Virus record (IMG/VR): IMGVR_UViG_3300032607_000379
Coordinates: 5,383-69,382 of that record
DNA from: a virus
Length of the DNA: 64,000 nucleotides
Strand: one strand, 5' to 3'
Under the pieces are notes generated by a model that was not told the origin of the DNA, searched no databases, and worked only from the letters and a program-made list of their open reading frames with translations. The first letter of the stretch is position 1. Each line of letters starts with the position of its first letter. This document shows positions 39,501 through 47,298 of the stretch, in pieces. A program made the translations under genes and the position numbers.

Positions 39501-41414
39501 CTCAAGCTGCACAAGCAGCTGGAAAAGGAATCGCTGGAGCGGCTGTTCAAGAACAAGCCTGAACTGATGGTGCACGGCTACCTGCCTGAGATTTATGACC
39601 CTAAAGTCGAGTTGGAAACGGCTAACGCTACAGAAGGCAAAGAGCTAGAGGCGCTGGGTTACAGCAAAGGTGCAAAGTTGGTAAGGGATCGAGCTGACCC
39701 AGATCGTTCTGTCCGCCACTTCTACATCCGCGACGGTGGCGGCATGGGCAGACGCGTGACGGGAATTACTTCCTGGAAGAACAAGACCAGCAAAGGCACG
39801 GAGAACCACAGCGGGTACACAAATACCAATACATACACAGGTGCGCAGAATGCTTCGGCTAATGCTGACATGCTGGCTTCACGCCAACAAGACATTGCTG
39901 ATATGTTTAAGCCTGGTCCACGTCCTGATCTGTCTAAAGTCCGGGCTAACCACATGGCTCCTGTATTCAACGAATACGGTGACATTGTGAAGTGGCGTTA
40001 CTTGATGCTAAACAGCACCAAGGATAATTTGCTCAAACGGGACAACCGCTTTGACCAGTTACTGGGCAGCTTGTCTGGTTCTATCTATGACAAGGAAACT
40101 TCACGGGAGCAAAACAAGACAGCTTTTCAAGCGCTGAAAGCGCAGTACGACGCTGACTATGCTAAGAACCCACAAGCTTATGTGCTGGTTGGGCAGGGTT
40201 CTTTGGACAAAGAGATGAAGGAAATCTGGAATCTCCTGCCTGCAGACAGTAAAGCCGATGCTCGGGCTATCTGGGGCTATGACGGCATGATGGTCAAGAA
40301 CGATGCGCTGGACATTATGTTTGGCTACCGCAAAGCATCGCTGGCCAATGCGTTTGAAAAAGATCCTGCGTTGCGTAATGCTTTGGAAAAGCTGTTTGTC
40401 ATGGGGATGGAGACAGTGCTTAGCCAGCAAGGCCGAGTGTTTAAGGGCATGAGTCAGCAAGAAGCAGATGCCTACGCCAAGCAAGCAGCCATCATGGTTA
40501 CGCGAGGCGAAAGGGTCTGGCAAGAGCTGGTAGCTCAAACCAAAGACATTGTGGTGGTCAGGACAGGCTTGGTCATGCTGGGCAACATCTACTCCAACAT
40601 GTCGCTACTGTGGATCAGCGGAGTTCCAATCCTTGATATCTTGCGCCACCACACAGTTGCACTTAAAGGAGCAACAGCGTACCGGCTTGACAGTGCTGAG
40701 TTGGCTCGGCTTACGCTGCTGCGGGACACTGGCTACATGCAAGGTAAGGATCTTGAGATAACCCGCCGCATTGCACGCTTGGAAAACAATCTTGCAAACA
40801 ACCCAGTCAAGGAACTGATTGATGCGGGATTGATGCCTACCATTGTTGAGGACTTGGCAGCTGAGGAAGACATCTACTCGTACAAAAGCAACTTTGCCCG
40901 TAAAGTAGAAACCTACACTGACAAGCTCAACCCTAAAGTGCTGAGTGTCGCTAAAGCAGTACTTGTATCTCCTGGTACGCCGCTGTATCAAGGGCTGTCC
41001 CGCGTAACTCAGTTGTCTGACTTTGTGGCTCGATACACGCTGTACCAGCACAACATCAGCAAGCGCAACCCGATGACCAAAGCAGAAGCCATACAGGATG
41101 CCAGTGACTCGTTTATCAACTATGACATCCCTATGCACCGAGCGTTGCAGTATCTAGATGACATGGGCCTGATGCCGTTTACCAAGTACTTCCTGCGGAT
41201 TCAGAAAGTGATCAGCAAAGTTTTTCTGGAAAAGCCGGGGCGTGCGTTGATGGCCATGACTGTGGGACAGTTTCTGGATTTAGGCCCCATCGTTCTAGAT
41301 GGTTCAATGTTTGGCAGGATTGGCAACAATCCGTTTGATATTGGAGCGTTCAAACTGGCCACCGTGCTAGACGATATAGCGCCAATCAACGCTGCCTTGT
41401 CTATTGTGAAGTGA
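30543..41414 (+). CDS. virion-encapsidated RNA polymerase (N4 gp50-like)
   Basis: 3623 aa; GEVDGVSNG (motif A), RDLLKGPINPLNYGGG (B), NHDAV (C); no Cys seen. Confidence 0.96.
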   Translation: MATSYDEYFISSDFSADHSLGAQEKFAAVQEASSRKILELERIKQLQLAREKDVANSLVGRYGLSPDDLLGSVVNRGVATLAGVADGAGAIASGAASELARANRTFVDLPVQEAYQRYKAGIATPADLKIINAPEARGRLLQDADNLERFSSKIDKRRAEIDAEVAPDRNGVKPAGLGRMVVDSGLSLANSAISVPESVVGLASIVSGGAAGKLLEDAGFRPAEAKAFLNSLKSAEMQASTQAVNGAEGFWNTLDQVAENPSTVPQLLLESLFPMLAGGVAARGLQALGAGVKLATAAGEGLTMAGSAAEQIRGQTEDKRLSFKQSLAAGTTGVMGAAVSRLSGGLANKAGLGDIDEAIVKGTLGTSQRGVLTRTAGATVLEGGEEALQSTGETMLQNAALGKSLTDGVGNAAALGMVTGAVMGAPMGLAKGVGEAKQRYQDTAVLQDRAIATGNVTALADPAARTYAPERAIAALQGNAQLATTTDETKQAHLVKANEIEDVLVQKQEALAADFSTKTLKGVQAEIAKVMKLVANTDPAKVADIAALNGYLDNLRLQIPALETDKADAKLTKTLEKELAQLDSQIAGVKSAKTELNQFVQAGTGVEAMLAGLSTPADPTDLVAVEASTVAATRIVNLAMASPQLLDPAKAEELANNTANALTAPQREYLREFSKARQEQNLLMDMDKTSQQIYQGGGGNVGIKDYQERMAQAIKTGNIKQAQKQLDDLAAFEEDHRSKGQVAAAALAKGLGVQIIKANGQWKIGDGSLTEAQLTANGGLAMKSPKLVDNIQQEAEALASTLSFLTRAYDMKFNPAAAGAPQSTGAANVPNESQPGQGAQGQAEAPPIQTPAPTGSPAPSPQGVPAATGAAGPVQATRVISTAPRVQVGTNVSGYNNTNAQTDRDLADRLGLTDKIEALFAQGKTVNDVDAELGVALDFLDKSDRRGFVGRVRATLGIPSRMTAEGAAEFKVWEQGRNKRLREAAAAAPASAVLESTAVVAETTPVNEETSVSSVNTKVTKSAELTESAEKPAATTEENQSNSENSTAELATDGSGTLLAVQQKSPEGTPHNEKKLGDFFTQAIGKDTDGSKRPLVAVKNFMSAVAAGTVKIGEYVKNQDLNKGSKLLVWAKFVEKTAEWSPIIVRNLKIFPYEKFNYADPIRYLVQTTSANGKTTADVEQNIKTAMSAAVFGYIADQASRAAKNDNKAINKTLGHRPDSPVSTDAIEALTDVGVYMSQVIDSLGAAVIDALGFKLDNNAPKDMLAKLQVSLGAHTLKLMEDRGLLVRHSLTNGEINRLRNEDLFGEKEPENEAEETASVTDRILGHHFFQLSRDEEGQLVGEAKDIADANKGSQNLIQNLFGIETGQTFPSLTPIKGVQKESDTGMGLPGFIKKVFRLNQTRPWKANKDPLKVLSFFSEEEGMEMAGVDNSTDHTHRRNLKSKQAKNDGLTREFKNLMEFIGDLATSVKGMDQEFFLSQVMWKQQRSGYKTNTVNPNTSKIVRWLIAPDSWSTKITLSTESQLQSFMLRASEGFGIKPEKADSQKSVDALASLMQTPAMQEAVKALQIALFTQDASLSIEQQAAIKTSVKTGGQKLHTLASLIAYAHYQQALDTKADTFTTNLMGEVDGVSNGSILNSIMYGAAATAEELNTLLEKGGIYTLGSKFRQYNIWRGTPTHQDIYESNAQDLHSYVDSMPANTRDVTGAIWATAGSPINAALEATKDGRDLLKGPINPLNYGGGFKSIIGKMAYDYVDVIYEKMEGLSRKGVDQNTVNEFVRNINVLLNSGQVRQIPIGKPIAYYLGYTLSKDQEFALRSAYTSTIGAATKEVVGTNFKPFLDRSKLVTQTVNLTYGLYEAVYSASRLAMIKEMGIPISMGEPIHDLSKVQEEELAERLKDILPTMHTAMSKDEGKVDNGILLAKKSRKQNNTAPYAVEVGFGSKLKNNASQISVSGRSVTRDEPGVIAISGTTHALDSALSHEAQLVNHVVNNHDAVGAGINTLAESAESLNKSTWTKTLNYSPLNEAHDALMRVVQGIVAMDQRGELTPEIKAAIEEKLIALSKKKKGSKPESIVDAAALQIFSEALQANRIKFGSMLQWAVVDQYAMDGGSYKVTDENRQEAQDKLNALSLVRADADLQALDAFALTMFGAKATKAAPVASTTVSPKKATLTSVFGPLGTPNIAPDEDLVAFFKANPEASVKRVMEGLLRKVSTDGSIPNPKFHSMLVRSLVKLVDPELKIKYITKDSPGDLPLNGPVKGARGWLAINGSKKEIYVLSPEFVDSGLTTELLIHELVHAALSSILQSTDAAVQPFIAELNTLLNAAQSTVKNSAALTQKFGNAVQDLDELIAWGMTNQDFQTEVLAKISMQSTTLGKLVNGVQIFVANLANLLGFTDVASANGLGVLIANVSALFAEVAKTQPVTRKQEPRNMSMATQSSATPPASPSPQAVLNTYSTQDLHDALDDKKLSPLFSTQIRSLLGNIVEKLHGPYGSFKAGLMKDQALTAEDVWQKALNTGEAPFASQILGSGFALPAQSLFAIEQVEATVRAALGAKEAYSTSAYRVLDKLYTEVSGKIKVEAFHTGSPWSQATPAEQAAAQALHDFVFKLESTNGKRSDYLSRFAAMGMAHEGFNKLLQMATDTSRSAAQAMSFLDRLQAIFVGILDFFQAKLTHTFKGQQADEKLTALVGQLVDIEAKRRYVLANPRGNTLTENIEDRAKAAADALRTKISSLAGAPVISQNNNAAVRAAGALVQTFADNRVELFMDNLRTMRNSAFKGKLGVIASTLGELQGPAKALQALLRVSKWMEGNRQDLIVNTAKFALAGFANQGKDLSKEASAAVSQVFLRTGLHYLIGKFSMAEIAGLVDNTPELDKAIATYEAKLSSFGIAQHYFIKQANTLAIAIATGGVRGSLKIENAHNIARLYKTGYQNKLSVARTTEAREAIEVLVALYAVGYSDSAARIEASKVLAIENRRTDNNGVESVLKLHKQLEKESLERLFKNKPELMVHGYLPEIYDPKVELETANATEGKELEALGYSKGAKLVRDRADPDRSVRHFYIRDGGGMGRRVTGITSWKNKTSKGTENHSGYTNTNTYTGAQNASANADMLASRQQDIADMFKPGPRPDLSKVRANHMAPVFNEYGDIVKWRYLMLNSTKDNLLKRDNRFDQLLGSLSGSIYDKETSREQNKTAFQALKAQYDADYAKNPQAYVLVGQGSLDKEMKEIWNLLPADSKADARAIWGYDGMMVKNDALDIMFGYRKASLANAFEKDPALRNALEKLFVMGMETVLSQQGRVFKGMSQQEADAYAKQAAIMVTRGERVWQELVAQTKDIVVVRTGLVMLGNIYSNMSLLWISGVPILDILRHHTVALKGATAYRLDSAELARLTLLRDTGYMQGKDLEITRRIARLENNLANNPVKELIDAGLMPTIVEDLAAEEDIYSYKSNFARKVETYTDKLNPKVLSVAKAVLVSPGTPLYQGLSRVTQLSDFVARYTLYQHNISKRNPMTKAEAIQDASDSFINYDIPMHRALQYLDDMGLMPFTKYFLRIQKVISKVFLEKPGRALMAMTVGQFLDLGPIVLDGSMFGRIGNNPFDIGAFKLATVLDDIAPINAALSIVK

Positions 41415-41421
41415 TGCTATG

Positions 41422-41464
41422 TTCAAGGTTGGGGACTGTGCAAGCGGCAATCCCCAGCCTTGAA
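41422..41464. terminator. long inverted repeat between convergent transcription units
   Basis: TTCAAGGTTGGGGA...TCCCCAGCCTTGAA. Confidence 0.6.
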
Positions 41465-41504
41465 AATCCCCGTCTTTCCGGAGTGTCATTGTTCAGTCTC
41501 TGTG

Positions 41505-41696
41505 CTACTTTTTGGGAGTGTCTTCTTCAAAAAAGGCTTTGAGGCTAGACGCTGTAAACAAGGTCATGGAAATTAATGAGACAAGAATTCCAAGAGCCAT
41601 GCCCACAGCAACAATTAAAATGCCTCCGCTAAACAGCACAGTGAGTACGGCAATGGCGGCTATCAAGTAGCCGATTCCTTTGAGTACGCTGGCCAC
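41505..41696 (-). CDS. small membrane protein
   Basis: Hydrophobic 63 aa. Confidence 0.6.
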   Translation of the reverse strand: MASVLKGIGYLIAAIAVLTVLFSGGILIVAVGMALGILVSLISMTLFTASSLKAFFEEDTPKK

Positions 41697-41705
41697 GAAT
41701 GCGGC

Positions 41706-42026
41706 TTAGCTGAACAAGCTGGTGGTTTTGACAGGCTCAGCAGAGACTTCTTCTTCTGCTGGTTCTGCAGCCGGGTGCAGTACTGCTGGGGCAGTCATTG
41801 CAACAATGCTCAAAACCTTGGCAACTGGGGCTGCCTCGCTGATTTCGTCTTCCGCAAAGTCAGGCAGCGAATTTTCTTCGATGTCCATCTCAGCGGAGAT
41901 GCCACTTTCCTTGCGGCCAGCGGTAAACGTGACGCTGACTTCCTTGTCTGACAGGTCAATGCCCTGCGATGAGATGTACTGCTTTAATGCAGTGATGATC
42001 TCGGTTTGCTTTAGTTGGATCTGCAT
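41706..42026 (-). CDS. conserved N4-like hypothetical protein
   Basis: MQIQLKQTEI..AL..YI...FTAGRK...SLFS. Confidence 0.75.
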   Translation of the reverse strand: MQIQLKQTEIITALKQYISSQGIDLSDKEVSVTFTAGRKESGISAEMDIEENSLPDFAEDEISEAAPVAKVLSIVAMTAPAVLHPAAEPAEEEVSAEPVKTTSLFS

Positions 42027-42035
42027 TGTTTTTTC

Positions 42036-42620
42036 CTATGAAGCTGCCATGAAAGGCAGCAGTTGTTTAAAAGACGAACAGGCCATACCTGCGTAGATAG
42101 CTGCTACTGCATCGGCTTGGTGCTCTGCTTTCGCTTCGCTGACCAGGCTCTTGCCGTGTTGCTTATAGATTGGCCAGTTGGCTTCTGGATGCTTAGCCAT
42201 GGCCCACTCAATCATTTGCTGCTTGGTTGCTGTCTTGTTGCCAGCCCCAGCGAGTTTGACCTCGCTTGGGGTGACTTCAAAGAACGGGATGCCATTGGCT
42301 CTCAATGCCCCCAGGACGCCCACACAGATGCCGTAGGAGGCCATAGCGCGGGCAGACTGGCTACCCACTGGAACTTCTACAAATACCGCATGGGCGTCTC
42401 TTACAGCGGCAATAGCGCCTTCGTACAACTGACTGGCAGACGCTAGATCCAGCGAGTTCTGACGCACCTGCTTGCCTTTGGAAAGCTCAGGACAGGTAAG
42501 CGCCAGCTCGTTGACCGTGAGCTGCTGGGTTGCTGTGTCAAAGGTGGCCATTGCCAAGCCCCAGTTTCTGAGGCTGGGGTCGCAGCCGACAAACTTCAGC
42601 TTACGGCTGGGTTTGAGCAT
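42036..42620 (-). CDS. RuvC-like Holliday junction resolvase
   Basis: GCDPSLRNWG, FVEVPVGSQ, TPSEVK, EHQADA. Confidence 0.85.
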   Translation of the reverse strand: MLKPSRKLKFVGCDPSLRNWGLAMATFDTATQQLTVNELALTCPELSKGKQVRQNSLDLASASQLYEGAIAAVRDAHAVFVEVPVGSQSARAMASYGICVGVLGALRANGIPFFEVTPSEVKLAGAGNKTATKQQMIEWAMAKHPEANWPIYKQHGKSLVSEAKAEHQADAVAAIYAGMACSSFKQLLPFMAAS

Positions 42621-42903
42621 GAGTCTGTGGGCTTGCTGCTTCTTCCAGTTCAGCTACAAAAGGCAGCTTGCCTAGTTCGCCAAGAGCTACGTTCAAGCCA
42701 AAGATAAAACCCTTGTGGTAATCGCCTACCAGTGGAGTGTCATCTTGGCCATCGAGTTGCATCTCAATGCCAGTGGCAGGAACTGTCAGTAGGTGCTGGA
42801 GCACCTTGACCCGTCCCTGATGCCAGCCAAAGAGGATCTTGACAAAAGCATCAAGGTCATTGACCTCAACGCTTTCAGCGTGTGCTTCAGGTAGCTTAAT
42901 CAT
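42601..42903 (-). CDS. hypothetical protein
   Basis: ORF packed between SSB and resolvase. Confidence 0.7.
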   Translation of the reverse strand: MIKLPEAHAESVEVNDLDAFVKILFGWHQGRVKVLQHLLTVPATGIEMQLDGQDDTPLVGDYHKGFIFGLNVALGELGKLPFVAELEEAASPQTHAQTQP

Positions 42904-42910
42904 GCTGGCT

Positions 42911-43645
42911 TTAAGCAAACAAGCTGGTAGCTGGCTTCTTCATGGCAACGCCGCCACCAAAGGCAGACTTGGGAGCGCCTGCTGTGCCTGCAGATTTGCT
43001 GGCCTTGATACGAACAACGCCTGCGTACTTTGATTCCCAAGTGCTGTAAAACACTGGCTCATTGGCAGCAGCACGGACTTCAGCAGTGGTCATCTTGTCA
43101 GATGCGCGGAAGAACTTGTCGATCTCGTTCTCATCACGCGTCTCGCCTGTAGGCAGGTACTCACCAGCTTCGTTCTTGGCCGTCTTGTCAACGGTCTGCT
43201 TCATCAGGCCAATGATGATTTCTTTGCCCATCAGATCGACTGGCACTTCGACCTTGGTAGGCACTTCGGCTTTGGCGTCGTAGTTGTAAACGTTGACAAC
43301 CTTCGTCTCAGTGTCCAGGTCAGAGATTTCCTTGCCCGTTGCCAGCAATGCCAAAGCATTGGCAGCAATGAAGCCTGGAAGGTAGTTCTTCTGGCCGTCT
43401 TTTTCGTAGTAGTTTTTGGCTCCCTTGGCAGTGCCAGAGGTCATCCACAGGGTCTGGCGAATGTCGCGGCCTTGGCTGGTTTTAGCGTGCAAGACCAAGC
43501 CAGTAGCCCCGCCTGCGGACTTAGTAACGTAGACCAAGGTGACGGTAGCTGGGTACAGGCCGGATTCCAGTACGCCGCCTCCACCAACAGAGTCTTTCTC
43601 GTTGGCAATGGAAGCATCGGAAATGAGGTTTTTCAAAAGTGACAT
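42911..43645 (-). CDS. ssb: single-stranded DNA-binding protein (N4 gp45-like)
   Basis: DSVGGGG..ESGLY, YLPGF, ENEIDKFF, C-terminal SLFA. Confidence 0.88.
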   Translation of the reverse strand: MSLLKNLISDASIANEKDSVGGGGVLESGLYPATVTLVYVTKSAGGATGLVLHAKTSQGRDIRQTLWMTSGTAKGAKNYYEKDGQKNYLPGFIAANALALLATGKEISDLDTETKVVNVYNYDAKAEVPTKVEVPVDLMGKEIIIGLMKQTVDKTAKNEAGEYLPTGETRDENEIDKFFRASDKMTTAEVRAAANEPVFYSTWESKYAGVVRIKASKSAGTAGAPKSAFGGGVAMKKPATSLFA

Positions 43646-43711
43646 GGTGATTTTCTGTTTCGGTTTAAGTTAAAAGGCGGTTGTTTAAGTTTCAGATGCT
43701 TGACTGCTCAG

Positions 43712-44440
43712 TTATGAGTAGTACTCTTGCAGCTTGTTGATGACAAGCTGCATGTTGTTGTCGATGAAGGTTTCCTTCGTCTCAAACAATCCCAATGGAC
43801 CACGCAGACGCTCGTTTACCGTCTCTTTTGTGATCTTGGTCTGGAAGACGTACTTGAAGCCAAGTGCCTCTTCCTCGGGAGTAATGACCAACAGCTTGGA
43901 GCCGTAGTCTTTCAGTGCCTTCAGTGCCACTTTCTTGGACGTGATGACAACACTGAAGTAGCTTTCAATGCCGTTGTTCTTCAAGCTACCTTTGACGGGC
44001 ACTTTGGTTTCCATCAGCATCTCGGACTCGTTGAGCGTGTCCATGGTGTGGGCTGTGAAGATCACGTTCTTGCTGGACTTGGCCACGTTCTGCTGCATCA
44101 GGTTCTTGAAGTACTGAGCAAAGTCACCCCAAGCCTTCATGCCATTGGCTGAGTTCAGGACGTACACGCTTTCGTACATGTCAAGCAGGTACGTCAGCGA
44201 GTCCACCACAATGGTGTGCACATCGGGCAGGCTTTCAGCTGCATCGAATGCTTCCATGACTTGCAGTGGATCGGTGATCACGTACTGCTTGAATTTGGAT
44301 TTGAAAGGTAGCTTCTTGCCTGCCTCGCAGTTAAGGTACATCACGCCTTCTGGCTTTTCCAGTTGCATAAGGGACGCTGATTTGCCAGTGGCGGATTTAC
44401 CGCATAGCAAGACCAGGTTGTCGTTGTAATGCTGGGTCAT
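43712..44440 (-). CDS. AAA/Sak4-like ssDNA-annealing ATPase (N4 gp44-like)
   Basis: GKSATGKS, YLNCEAGK, VVDSLT. Confidence 0.88.
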   Translation of the reverse strand: MTQHYNDNLVLLCGKSATGKSASLMQLEKPEGVMYLNCEAGKKLPFKSKFKQYVITDPLQVMEAFDAAESLPDVHTIVVDSLTYLLDMYESVYVLNSANGMKAWGDFAQYFKNLMQQNVAKSSKNVIFTAHTMDTLNESEMLMETKVPVKGSLKNNGIESYFSVVITSKKVALKALKDYGSKLLVITPEEEALGFKYVFQTKITKETVNERLRGPLGLFETKETFIDNNMQLVINKLQEYYS

Positions 44441-44458
44441 TGGTTCCTTTGTTAGTTT

Positions 44459-44848
44459 TCAAAGATGTGCCGGGAAGGCACTTGTGGTTTCATGTTTGCT
44501 GACTTGAACGGCGGCAGTGGTCGGGAACTTGACCCAGTACCGTTCGCTGTCTGTTTTGATGTCCTGCTGCGGATTGCCAGCATCTGTTTTGCCATGCAAG
44601 CGGTTGACTACTAGCGTTACGTAACCTGCGATATCCACCCAGTTGTCGTCGTAGGCAGAGTCACCGTTGAGGATCCTGGCAATCTTGTGGACTACCATTT
44701 CCAACGCTTCACGCTGATCAGCTTCCATGCCCGGCCAGTTAGGTGCTTTATGTAAGATGCTTTTGAGTTGCTGGGAAATACCCGCCAAGTCTTTGAACAC
44801 ACCGTAGCGGTCGCCACGTTGGGCTAAGGTGCTGTTGATGTTGGTCAT
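44459..44848 (-). CDS. DUF6378-like protein
   Basis: RGDRYG.F...KIARILNG....DNWVDIAGY. Confidence 0.75.
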   Translation of the reverse strand: MTNINSTLAQRGDRYGVFKDLAGISQQLKSILHKAPNWPGMEADQREALEMVVHKIARILNGDSAYDDNWVDIAGYVTLVVNRLHGKTDAGNPQQDIKTDSERYWVKFPTTAAVQVSKHETTSAFPAHL

Positions 44849-44861
44849 AGGTTTTTAGGTG

Positions 44862-45098
44862 TCAGGAGTTTTCTCCTATCAGTTCAATGGGCGCACCAAA
44901 GGTGTCCTCCCATGATCCATTTGGCTTCTGGACAATCTCGATGACAGCAAAATCATCTTCAGGATCCATGCAGCTGTCCACCCTCATTTGATGGAGGTCT
45001 TTCAGCTCTGCCTGTGCTTCTTCCTTGGTGTCGTAGATGTCTCCTGCTGCCATCGTTATGCCTTGGCAAATGGTCATGCAGATCAGTCCGTATTTCAT
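44862..45098 (-). CDS. hypothetical protein
   Basis: 78-aa ORF in operon. Confidence 0.6.
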   Translation of the reverse strand: MKYGLICMTICQGITMAAGDIYDTKEEAQAELKDLHQMRVDSCMDPEDDFAVIEIVQKPNGSWEDTFGAPIELIGENS

Positions 45099-45114
45099 AA
45101 GGAATCTTTCAAGT

Positions 45115-45136
45115 AAAAAAAGGGGCCGAAGCCCCT
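45115..45136 (-). terminator. rho-independent terminator
   Basis: AGGGGC-cgaa-GCCCCT (UUCG loop) plus U tract on the minus strand. Confidence 0.8.
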
Positions 45137-45144
45137 GATGTTGA

Positions 45145-47283
45145 TTACCGTTTAGCCAGTGCTTTCATGACAGTCACCATGACAGTGCCCATGATTTCTT
45201 GCTCTTCAAGCTTGTCCGCAATCTTGTCGTTCAGGCCCATGACGCGAGAGCGGATGCCCTCAAAGTCAAAGCCTGCGTCCAGCAAAATCATGGCGTAACG
45301 CAGCAGCATGTTGTTGCGGTTGCCGTCACCAATGTTGTTGATGACCCACCGCTCTAAGTTGTCCATGGACTGCTGGGAGTCAATGAGGGCTTTGCGCTCT
45401 TCGTTCTTGCTGGTCTTCGGGATGAAGGGCAAGGCGTCGAGCAGCTCACCTTCGTTGTACTCAAAGTGGCCATTGTTAGAAAGCCACTTGCGTGCACGCT
45501 GATTGGTAGCTTTGTCCACTTCAAACGGAAGCCAGTCATAAATGTGGGCCATGAACTCTTTGTAGTCCTTGGCTTCCATCTTCAGTTCGTAGTTCAAAGG
45601 CAGGATGATGCGAAAGCGATGCCCATCGTCTGTGTGGCGCTTGGTCGTGTACAGCAGGAACTTGTAGTTCTTGAGCAGCAGCTTGGCTGTGGATATGTTC
45701 ACTCCCCCGTCCACATCAATGACAGCCAGGTTAAAGCCAGGGATGGCGTTTTCCTCGTTGCGGTAGCCACCCATCAAATGATGCGCCACCCAGTGCAGGC
45801 CAGAAGCCTGTGTGAGTTTGTGCAGCATGTCGAAAGGAGCTACTTCATTGCGGTAGTCGGTAGTGATGTCACTGGAGTAAGCAATGACCATCTTGTTGAT
45901 ATCAGTCTCCTTCAGTGTCTCGCCCCGCAAGAACTCAATACCATCAGAAAAAGCTTTCTTGATGATGATGTTGTTCTTGTAGCCATAAGCGGTAGCCAAG
46001 GTCAGCAGTTCGTTCTTGTATGCAGTACCGCCCTTGTAAAAGGGAAGTTCTTCTGCAAGATCGGCCTGCGTTACGTCAGCGCCTACGGCTGCGATGTACT
46101 TAGCCAGCTTTACCCATGGCTTGTCACGGGCTAGCATCAAGCTGAATGCTTCGCCAGAGTCCTCAGCAAGTTTGATGGCGTTGTACACATGTCCATCAGT
46201 TACTGCGGTTGAGTCATCAATGAAGGCATACGCACCTGCAAGCTTGAGTACCTTGAAGTAGCGTTCAGAAAGCTCACGCTTCTGAATTTCCTGATGGTCA
46301 GGCAGCTGGTCTGCACGTTGTTCGCAGTTGAGCTGGTACGCATTGAGCAAGATGCACGTTTCCTTGCTAATGATGAGCTTCTTGTTGGCATTGATGATGT
46401 CAGCCAAGTTCTCCATGCGGTCAGCCAGTGCTTCAATTGCGGTAGCATTGGCTTGGCTGGTACGGTCTTGGTACATCTGCTCTGGCGTGCGCTCCGAGCG
46501 GCTGGCTTTCTTGACGTAGCCAAAGAAGCAGCGCCGTGCGTAGCCTGTGCCAAGCATGTCCATCAGCTCTTCTTCGACTTTGGCCCCGTCAAAGATCTTC
46601 TGTGGAACGCCAAACATCAACAAGTTGGCTGGCGTCTTGCCTACAATTTCCTCACTGCGAGCGTTGTCGTTGGTGCTTTTGATCAGTTTGGATTTGATCA
46701 AGCCCTTGTCATACAGCTCGATGAAAGCAACAAATGCTTCCTGATTGGGGATCAGGTTGTTGCCAACTTCGTCCATGATCAGGTTCAAACCACCACAGTT
46801 TGCTAACAACAAGTGATGGCGGAACTGCTCAATGGCTGGAGCTGTAGCGGAATCAAAGGAAAAGCGTGGAGCGCCTAGACGATCTGCTTCCTTCTTCAAG
46901 CGTGCCAGTTCATCATCTGGGTCAGTGCCCTTGCGGGTTGCTCGTTTGACAGCCAGCTTGGGCAAGTTGTCCTCAAGCAGAAGAGGGAAAGTCTCCTGCT
47001 CATAGCGGTGACGGAATTGCCCAAGGATCAGCTCTTCCAGCAAGTTCATGGATTGCGTTTTGCCGTAGCCAGAGGGAGCTAGGTTTAACGCATACATGTT
47101 TACTGGAATCTCCCCTTTGTCAGGGGTGTCAATGTTGCAGCGCATCTGCGCTGCAACTAAGCAGAAGTAGTAGCCCACCAGAATGCGGAAGAACAAGGAA
47201 TCGTCACGCTGGGTGTGATCGCGCAAGATGCTCACCACACGTTCGCTGGTTGCGTGGTAGTCCATTTGATTGAAAGGTTTCAT
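45145..47283 (-). CDS. DNA primase (N4 gp43-like)
   Basis: APSGYGKT P-loop; VIDVDGG, TTKRH, RFRIILP primase motifs; GNRNNMLLRYA primase C-terminal domain. Confidence 0.88.
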   Translation of the reverse strand: MKPFNQMDYHATSERVVSILRDHTQRDDSLFFRILVGYYFCLVAAQMRCNIDTPDKGEIPVNMYALNLAPSGYGKTQSMNLLEELILGQFRHRYEQETFPLLLEDNLPKLAVKRATRKGTDPDDELARLKKEADRLGAPRFSFDSATAPAIEQFRHHLLLANCGGLNLIMDEVGNNLIPNQEAFVAFIELYDKGLIKSKLIKSTNDNARSEEIVGKTPANLLMFGVPQKIFDGAKVEEELMDMLGTGYARRCFFGYVKKASRSERTPEQMYQDRTSQANATAIEALADRMENLADIINANKKLIISKETCILLNAYQLNCEQRADQLPDHQEIQKRELSERYFKVLKLAGAYAFIDDSTAVTDGHVYNAIKLAEDSGEAFSLMLARDKPWVKLAKYIAAVGADVTQADLAEELPFYKGGTAYKNELLTLATAYGYKNNIIIKKAFSDGIEFLRGETLKETDINKMVIAYSSDITTDYRNEVAPFDMLHKLTQASGLHWVAHHLMGGYRNEENAIPGFNLAVIDVDGGVNISTAKLLLKNYKFLLYTTKRHTDDGHRFRIILPLNYELKMEAKDYKEFMAHIYDWLPFEVDKATNQRARKWLSNNGHFEYNEGELLDALPFIPKTSKNEERKALIDSQQSMDNLERWVINNIGDGNRNNMLLRYAMILLDAGFDFEGIRSRVMGLNDKIADKLEEQEIMGTVMVTVMKALAKR

Positions 47284-47298
47284 GAATCTTCTTTAGGG